From Eledone cirrhosa (Eukaryota): a stretch of DNA of 64,000 nucleotides. Under the pieces are notes generated by a model that saw only the letters and a program-made list of their open reading frames with translations, was not told the origin of the DNA and ran no database searches. Positions 55,564 to 64,000 of the stretch are shown here, piece after piece (the stretch's first letter is position 1; every line of letters starts with the position of its first letter). Made by a program: the position numbers and the translations under genes. Where the stretch lies: contig OZ024741.1 of NCBI GenBank assembly GCA_964016885.1, positions 116,994,001 through 117,058,000 on the forward strand, written 5' to 3'.

Positions 55564-55568
<5 letters not shown>
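55372..55568. mobile_element. Possible Tc1/mariner-type MITE
   Basis: Imperfect TIRs tacatggtgggcca..cttacctatttt / aaaataggaagtgacttttgaccaacctgta, TA-flanked. Confidence 0.45.
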
Positions 55569-55634
<66 letters not shown>

Positions 55635-56043
55635 AATATAAAAATATATATCTACACACACACATATATATATATAAATAAAGTATAAGTCAGAAGGTTA
55701 GAATTTATCACATTTATTTGTTACACAATCGATTCTGTAACAAATAAATGAGGTGAATTCTAACCTACTGACTGCTACTTCATCGTTGTTATACTAATAC
55801 TCCGGAGTTCGCCGAGTACTCTATCCTACGTAGACTAGTGTCGGTTGAATATCTAACACATAATATACCAAACTATACATATATACATGATGGCTGCCCC
55901 CTCGTTATCGAGTATGGCCATTGCACGATAAAAAAAAAAAAAAAAAAATAATAAAAATATATATATATATATATACACACACATACATACATATATACAT
56001 ATACAAACACATACCATATACATACACATATATTGATAACAAT

Positions 56044-56088
<45 letters not shown>

Positions 56089-56171
56089 ATACATATACAT
56101 ATATATATACACACACACGCACACACATAAACATATCTATACACACACACACACACGATAGCAACTAACAG

Positions 56172-56916
56172 CGCTCCGATCGAATGTGGCTTTTTAGGCC
56201 AGCCAATGATCTAAAATGTCTTGCACAGAGTCGGCAACCAAAACATTCACTGGGAATAGCCGGCTGTGGTTGGAGTTCATGTACTTTTGCATGTCGCTTG
56301 AGCCCTCCTGCTGATTTACATTCTCTACCACATGTTTAGCAAGCATGATGAGTAGCATCTCCAACAGCAGCCTGGTAGTCAACCACTGGTCTTACTTTAT
56401 GACTGCGAAGATGACTTTCGAGTCCAGCTTTTCTTAGGCAGAGTCTCGCACAGACGCTGCATGTCAGCACCATAGGAGGACCCTCGCCGTCTGGAAGTGC
56501 AACAGCAATGCCCTTCCTCACATCCCACTTTACTTCCTCGTATGCGATTCGAGATGCCTAAAAGGCAACTTTTCCCTCATATACAGTCTTTCTCCATTTA
56601 TTACGATCAGCAGCAATATTTTCCCATGTATCAGCAGAGATGTTAGCGTCTTTCAAAGATGCTTTCAAGGAATCCTTATACCTCTTTTTTGGTTTATGTG
56701 GCGGTCGTTTTCCTTTAACTAACTCTCCATAAAAGAGTTGTTTTGGTATTCTAGAATCCTTCATCCTGGCAAGGTGACCATTCCAACGGAGTCGTTGCTT
56801 AAGCACAAGAGTTTCTATACTGTCACACATAGAGCTTTCTAAAATCTCGACATCACTGATGTGGTCCCTCCAGTGAACGCCATGGATCCGCCTGAGACAC
56901 ATCTGATGGAAACGCT
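56172..56916 (-). pseudogene. RTE (BovB-like) ORF C-terminus with three C2H2 fingers
   Basis: RFHQMCLRRI..RLRWNGHLARM..PKQLFYGEL, then CSVCARLC..HLRSH, C*TCGREC..HAKVH, CRLCARHF..SHIRS. Confidence 0.85.
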
Positions 56917-57048
56917 AAATACTGACTGCTACTTCATCGTTGTTATACTAATACTCCGGAGTTCGCCGAGTACTCTATCCTACGTAGACTAGTGTCGGTT
57001 GAATATCTAACACATAATATACCAAACTATATATATATACATAAACAT

Positions 57049-57147
<99 letters not shown>

Positions 57148-57570
57148 AATATTCATAAGCAATGAGTTATTTAATGTGTTGATTATTCAACAAATTTAGT
57201 TTATAACAGATTAAAAGCACTCAACATATTTCTTCTGGAATATAATATCAATAATATTAATAAATGGAAACTATCTTTATAAAACCATATTAATAGTCTA
57301 TTTTTAACTTTAATATCTTTTTTTTCTTAAAATCTTTCCTTAAATTTTCTTCCACCCTAATAATAATCTCTATTTCCTTTTCCTTTAAAAAATAATCCTA
57401 ATAATTATTTAAATTTACCTAGCGTCGAAACCTAACGATCTTTTTCAATTTTAACGTTATTCCCATTAGCATATTCATCTTGTGATTTGAAGTTCTTCTT
57501 CACTATTCAAACAGAACCCAAAACGTTAAGTTCTAGTTTGAATATGTCACTATCTGTAAAACAACTTTTG

Positions 57571-57631
57571 TATTTTATCTGATGAGAGCGTACCAACATT
57601 TTGGTACCCTTGAAATATATATAATAAAATA
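57571..57631 (+). ncRNA. Type I hammerhead ribozyme, canonical core
   Basis: tattttat-CTGATGA-gagcgtacca-acattt-tggtaccctt-GAAA-TATATATA-ataaaata; perfect 8-bp stem I; AATAAA overlaps the 3' end. Confidence 0.82.
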
Positions 57632-57683
57632 AATATGGTTTTATAATGATAGTTCCCATTTATTAATATTATTGATATAAATA

Positions 57684-57735
<52 letters not shown>

Positions 57736-57949
57736 TAAACGGAATAGAAAATGCTGACAAATTGTTCACAGTTGAAAAATGGTTTAATTAGGAATAAAAG
57801 AGTATTAGTGATTGTATTGGTTGGTATTCAGTTTTGGTTTTAAGTTTTTAAGTTTTTACCGGTTGCGCATTTCTAAATGCTTTTCAAAAATTATTTTGAG
57901 ATAGAGTGTCCGTGCTGTTTGCTCTGATCTGATTAGTTTTGGGAATTCT

Positions 57950-58180
57950 ACCTGTTTTTATGTTAAAAAAGTGGCTCCAGCGTTATTTTTGTGTTGCAAA
58001 AATGCTTGTGGTCAAAACAATTTTGATTGGTCGGTAGAGGTCATGTGAATGTAAAAAGTTGATTTTGCGCCAAGACTGTTTTTATGTTAAAAAAGTGGCT
58101 CCAGCAAAAATTCTTGGTCAAAACAATTTTGATTGGTCGGTAGAGGTCATGTGGATAAAAAATTGGTTTTGCGCCAAGAT
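57950..58180. repeat. Tandem dimer of a ~105-125-bp unit (mirrored at ~61520-61745)
   Basis: gtttttatgttaaaaaagtggctccagc...gattggtcggtagaggtcatgtg...ttttgcgccaaga twice. Confidence 0.85.
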
Positions 58181-58225
58181 TGAGAAATGACTCTTTCACA
58201 ACAAATATGTGTGTGTGTGTGTGTA

Positions 58226-58288
<63 letters not shown>

Positions 58289-58360
58289 TAGTAGTAGTAG
58301 TAAGGTGTTCGATGCTGCGACAATGGCCAGCAGCGATGTGTGTCAAATGGCTATTAAGAT

Positions 58361-58455
<95 letters not shown>

Positions 58456-58510
58456 GCAGAGTCATTCGAAGGTCAAAAGATATTTTTCAGCTTTTGTCTT
58501 ATACGGAGAA

Positions 58511-58559
<49 letters not shown>

Positions 58560-58601
58560 AGTCTCTTTGTATGTTGATGTACGCGTGTGTATGTGTTTGT
58601 G

Positions 58602-58633
<32 letters not shown>

Positions 58634-58969
58634 GGTGGACCAGTATTTTTTTCCCCCTGGTAAAATGGTGTACATTATCCGATTTTTTCAGTAAAATCGG
58701 TTCTCTTAATAGAACATCAAAAATCTTAACAATAAAAGGTGTGAAATGATATTCACTATATATACATACGCACATACATATATTCACTACATATATATAT
58801 ATATATACATATATACATACATATATATGCACATATATTTCTTTGTATTGCACCATAGAGCATGTGTGTTTACGTGTGTCATTGTGTTTATATGTGGGTA
58901 GAGATGTGTGCTGATGTAGGTATGTATGTTGACGTGTGTATGTTGTGGGTTCGTCTTAGGGAGAAGTGT

Positions 58970-61194
58970 TTAGACGGGGTCCGTATTTGTTAATGAAGTA
59001 AGATTCCTTGCTGATGCGCTGGGTGTGTCTTTAAATTTGTAGAGGGGAAAGATTCTGAAGTTGGGATGATTTTGGGCGGCACAGGTATCAATATGTTCAC
59101 TCAGTGGTATTTTCCTGTATTCCCGTATTTTAATTTGGGATCTATGGACAGTCATGCGTTGGCGGAGGCTGTTTTTGGTCTGGCCTATGTATTGTTCTCG
59201 ACAACCTGAACAAGTTAATACATATATTAGATTTTCCGATGCACATGTGAAATTGTGTTTTACTATAAAACGTTGTCCATCTTTGAAATAGAATTCCGAA
59301 CCCTCTATTAGGTTGATGCAAATGCCACAGTTGGGTCTATCGCATTTTTTTACTGTGGGTTTCGTTGTTGTGGTTGGCAGTACTTTGGCATGTGTTAAGA
59401 TGTTTTTCATTGACTTGGATTGTCTTTTGCTCTTTATGATATCGTGTGTTCGTAGAATTTGGTTCATTCTATGGTCCTTTTTCAATACAGGGATGTTCTG
59501 GAGGATGGTGTCAAAGGCCTCGTTGTTGAGGGGGTTGTGTGTGGAGATGTATGGAAGAGCTTTTAGTTTTGGTTGATTTACTTTAGGGTGTCTAAGGTCC
59601 TGGGTACTGAGTTTTAGGGCACGTTGGATTCCATTGTCAATTAGTGATGCAGGGTAGTCCCTGCCTATGAGTGTGTCCTTTAGTTCTTGTAGCCGTAAGT
59701 AGCAGATGTTTTTATTGGAGACTATAGTACAGATTCTCTTGGCTAAGTTGTAGGGAATATTAATTTTAACGTGTCTAGGGTGGCAAGAGTTGAAGGGGAG
59801 ATATTGCTTGGAGTCTGTGGGCTTGTAGTATATGTCTGTTTCTATTTTTTTGTTATGGATCTTAATGAGGATGTCGAGGAAGGGGAGTTGTTGATGGCTG
59901 TATTCCATCGTGAAGTTAATATTTGTGTTGAGCCCATTTATAAGGGTGTGAAATTCTTTAAGTTTTTCGATGTTTTCGTGCCAAAGGATGAAGCAGTCAT
60001 CTAGATATCGCTTCCAGTTCCTTTCAATGTGTAAGTGGAGGGTGTTTCCAAATTTGTTTAGGACTTTAGTGTAGAGGGTGATTTCCAGGTATCCCATGAC
60101 TAGGTTGGAATAAGTAGGGGCTGTTTTCGTTCCCATAGCGGTCCCAGATTTCTGCCTGTAGGGTTTGTTATTGAAAACGAAGTAATTGTTCTCCAAGATA
60201 AATTTGAGTCCCTCTATCACGAATTCTTTTTTGATGCGTTGTGGGAGTTCATTGTGGAAATTATCCAGCCAGAATTGGATAGCTTCTATTCCTAGGTTGT
60301 GGGGGATGTTGGAGTATAGGTTGACTACATCGAACGTCACTAGTAGGGTTTGTTCAGAAAGTGGCATATTAGGGAGGTGATTGAGCATATCTAGGTCGTC
60401 CCTTATATAGCTTTTGATGTGCTTGAGGAAGGGTTTGAGAAGGGTATCAATGAAGTTGCTAAGACGGTGCGTTTCGCAAGCGGGGCCTGCTATTATAGGT
60501 CTTAATTTGAGATCATTGGGTGAGGGGACATTGATGACTATGTCTGTGGCTTCCTTGCATGCCTTACTGATTGATTTGCTTTTATGTACTTTAGGGATAC
60601 CGTAGAAAAGGCTGGATTTACTTGTGAAGTCTGTGATGAAGCTGAATTCCTTGTTAGTGAGTCCTTCTTTGTATTGGTTGATTAGAGTTTTTAGGTTTCT
60701 CATAATTTTCTGTTGATTGTAGTGTTCAGCATTTTCGTAGTATGTTTCGTTTTCCAAAGTGGAGAGCGCTAAGTTAATATAGAATTCTGTCTCCATTAGG
60801 ACTACTGTACTCCCTTTATCAGCCTCTTTAATTGTAATGGTTCTGTCGGTTTTTAATCTATTTAATTCTTCCCATTCTTTCTTGTTGAGGTTTGGCTTGT
60901 GTTTTTGTCTGTGCAAGTGTTGGTAAGGGAAGTTTGTGATGTGTTCACAGAATTCGTCCAGGATTTTATTTCTACCTTTTGAAGGGGTGTAATTGCTTCT
61001 ATTTCTGGCAAATGATTCATCCTCATTGTACTGGTCGAATAGTTGTTCACTAAGTCGTAACTTTCTACAGAAGTCTGTGATGTCTTCCTTCATTTCATAG
61101 TAGTTAGGACGTAGTGGGGTCGGTGTGAATTTAAGACCTTTGGAGAGTAAGTTGATAAGGTTGGGTGTTGGTTCTGCACTAGTAAGATTGATAA
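58970..61194 (-). CDS. Penelope-like element (Neptune-type) RT + GIY-YIG endonuclease
   Basis: VINLT..LLSKGLKF; ADKG; FYGIPKVHK; LRPII; FDVVNLY; GTAMGT; RYLDD; LPFLDI; CDRPNCGIC linker; LIYVLTC..QYIGQT. A late frameshift moves the true end (KESYFINKYGPRLN) to another frame. Confidence 0.95.
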
Positions 61195-61206
61195 CGAATG
61201 ACTCTG

Positions 61207-61286
<80 letters not shown>

Positions 61287-61358
61287 ATCTTAATAGCCAT
61301 TTGACAAACATCGCTGCTGGCCATTGTCGCAGCATCGAACACCTTACTACTACTACTA

Positions 61359-61491
<133 letters not shown>

Positions 61492-61962
61492 TATTTGTTG
61501 TGAAAGAGTCATTTCTCAATCTTGGCGCAAAACCAATTTTTTATCCACATGACCTCTACCGACCAATCAAAATTGTTTTGACCAAGAATTTTGCTGGAGC
61601 CACTTTTTTAACATAAAAACAGTCTTGGCGCAAAATCAACTTTTTACATTCACATGACCTCTACCGACCAATCAAAATTGTTTTGACCACAAGCATTTTT
61701 GCAACACAAAAATAACGCTGGAGCCACTTTTTTAACATAAAAACAGGTAGAATTCCCAAAACTAATCAGATCAGAGCAAACAGCACGGACACTCTATCTC
61801 AAAATAATTTTTGAAAAGCATTTAGAAATGCGCAACCGGTAAAAACTTAAAAACTTAAAACCAAAACTGAATACCAACCAATACAATCACTAATACTCTT
61901 TTATTCCTAATTAAACCATTTTTCAACTGTGAACAATTTGTCAGCATTTTCTATTCCGTTTA

Positions 61963-62014
<52 letters not shown>

Positions 62015-62066
62015 TATTTATATCAATAATATTAATAAATGGGAACTATCATTATAAAACCATATT

Positions 62067-62127
62067 TATTTTATTATATATATTTCAAGGGTACCAAAAT
62101 GTTGGTACGCTCTCATCAGATAAAATA
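62067..62127 (-). ncRNA. Type I hammerhead (mirror of 57571-57631), sense with the Penelope ORF
   Basis: Reverse complement within the right arm. Confidence 0.82.
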
Positions 62128-62550
62128 CAAAAGTTGTTTTACAGATAGTGACATATTCAAACTAGAACTTAACGTTTTGGGTTCTGTTTGAATAGTGAAG
62201 AAGAACTTCAAATCACAAGATGAATATGCTAATGGGAATAACGTTAAAATTGAAAAAGATCGTTAGGTTTCGACGCTAGGTAAATTTAAATAATTATTAG
62301 GATTATTTTTTAAAGGAAAAGGAAATAGAGATTATTATTAGGGTGGAAGGAAATTTAAGGAAAGATTTTAAGAAAAAAAAGATATTAAAGTTAAAAATAG
62401 ACTATTAATATGGTTTTATAAAGATAGTTTCCATTTATTAATATTATTGATATTATATTCCAGAAGAAATATGTTGAGTGCTTTTAATCTGTTATAAACT
62501 AAATTTGTTGAATAATCAACACATTAAATAACTCATTGCTTATGAATATT

Positions 62551-62621
<71 letters not shown>

Positions 62622-62757
62622 ATATGTTTATGTATATATATATATAGTTTGGTATATTATGTATTAGATATTCAACCGACACTAGTCTACGTAGGATAGA
62701 GTACTCGGCGAACTCCGGAGTATTAGTATAACAACGATGAAGTAGCAGTCAGTATTT

Positions 62758-63342
62758 AGCGTTTCCATCAGATGTGTCTCAGGCGGATCCATGGCGTTCA
62801 CTGGAGGGACCACATCAGTGATGTCGAGATTTTAGAAAGCTCTATGTGTGACAGTATAGAAACTCTTGTGCTTAAGCAACGACTCCGTTGGAATGGTCAC
62901 CTTGCCAGGATGAAGGATTCTAGAATACCAAAACAACTCTTTTATGGAGAGTTAGTTAAAGGAAAACGACCGCCACATAAACCAAAAAAGAGGTATAAGG
63001 ATTCCTTGAAAGCATCTTTGAAAGACGCTAACATCTCTGCTGATACATGGGAAAATATTGCTGCTGATCGTAATAAATAGAGAAAGACTGTATATGAGGG
63101 AAAAGTTGCCTTTTAGGCATCTCGAATCGCATACGAGGAAGTAAAGTGGGATGTGAGGAAGGGCATTGCTGTTGCACTTCCAGACGGCGAGGGTCCTCCT
63201 ATGGTGCTGACATGCAGCGTCTGTGCGAGACTCTGCCTAAGAAAAGCTGGACTCGAAAGTCATCTTCGCAGTCATAAAGTAAGACCAGTGGTTGACTACC
63301 AGGCTGCTGTTGGAGATGCTACTCATCATGCTTGCTAAACAT
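62758..63342 (+). pseudogene. Inverted duplicate of the RTE C-terminal fragment
   Basis: Same peptide as 56336-56902 except W->stop at 63078-63080. Confidence 0.88.
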
Positions 63343-63811
63343 AAAAACATAAAAACAGGTAGAATTCCCAAAACTAATCAGATCAGAGCAAACAGCACGG
63401 ACACTCTATCTCAAAATAATTTTTGAAAAGCATTTAGAAATGCGCAACCGGTAAAAACTTAAAAACTTAAAACCACAACTGAATACTAACTCATACAATC
63501 ACTAATACTCTTTTATTCCTAATTAAACTATTTTTCAACTGTGAACAATTTGTCAGCATTTTCTATTCCGTTTACCAATATATAATAACTTGTGTGTTAC
63601 ACCTCTATTCTTTTAACTATATATATATATATATATATATATACAGTATATATATATAATATACAAATATTCATATATATACATACATATATATATATAT
63701 AGTAATAATAATAAATTTGAAGACTAAAATCCAAAGAGGGCTCGATAAGGATAAATATATATCAGATATATAAGAACCGTAGAGCAAATATTTATTAAAA
63801 TAACAGATTAA

Positions 63812-63862
63812 AGTTTAAGCAAAGAATCGCTGCTTTCACCCTTAACGGGATCTTCTGAAACT
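63812..63862 (-). ncRNA. Hammerhead fold, U4A variant (identical to 28940-28990)
   Basis: Reverse complement of 28940-28990; preceded by the ~90-bp segment also at ~28840-28928. Confidence 0.6.
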
Positions 63863-64000
63863 AAAAAAGTCAATCTGTGAACGCAGAAGTAAATATTTCA
63901 AAAAACGTTGCAACCGAAAGAAGAGAGGAAGACGATACTTTGGTTCGTGGAAACGTTCCCTGGCAAAGAACGGAAAAAAACTAAGATAATACGTCATTAT

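Overview
AT-rich eukaryotic (animal) repetitive DNA; I found no host gene I can support. The dense (TA)n/(CA)n/(GA)n/(TATC)n microsatellites and the repeat inventory suggest a mollusc, probably an octopus (inference). Identified elements: a near full-length decayed RTE LINE (6.1-9.4 kb, minus) and several RTE fragments; two tandem Tx1/L1-clade LINEs (13.2-24.8 kb) and a third fragment, all within (TATC)n; two abutting R4/Dong-clade LINEs (45.0-50.4 kb); a CR1-type 3' end; many tRNA-like SINE copies; and a Penelope-like (Neptune-type) RT + GIY-YIG ORF (59.0-61.2 kb, minus) between two ~2.1-kb near-identical inverted arms. The main signal outside the ORF track is about two dozen type I hammerhead-ribozyme (HHR) folds from several sequence families. 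They lie in short AT-rich modules between (TA)n tracts, often as inverted repeats. Several replace the C3-G8 core pair with U3-A8, which points to selection for self-cleavage in a family of (TA)n-associated non-autonomous Penelope-type retroelements. All folds were read by eye; none is computed or tested.
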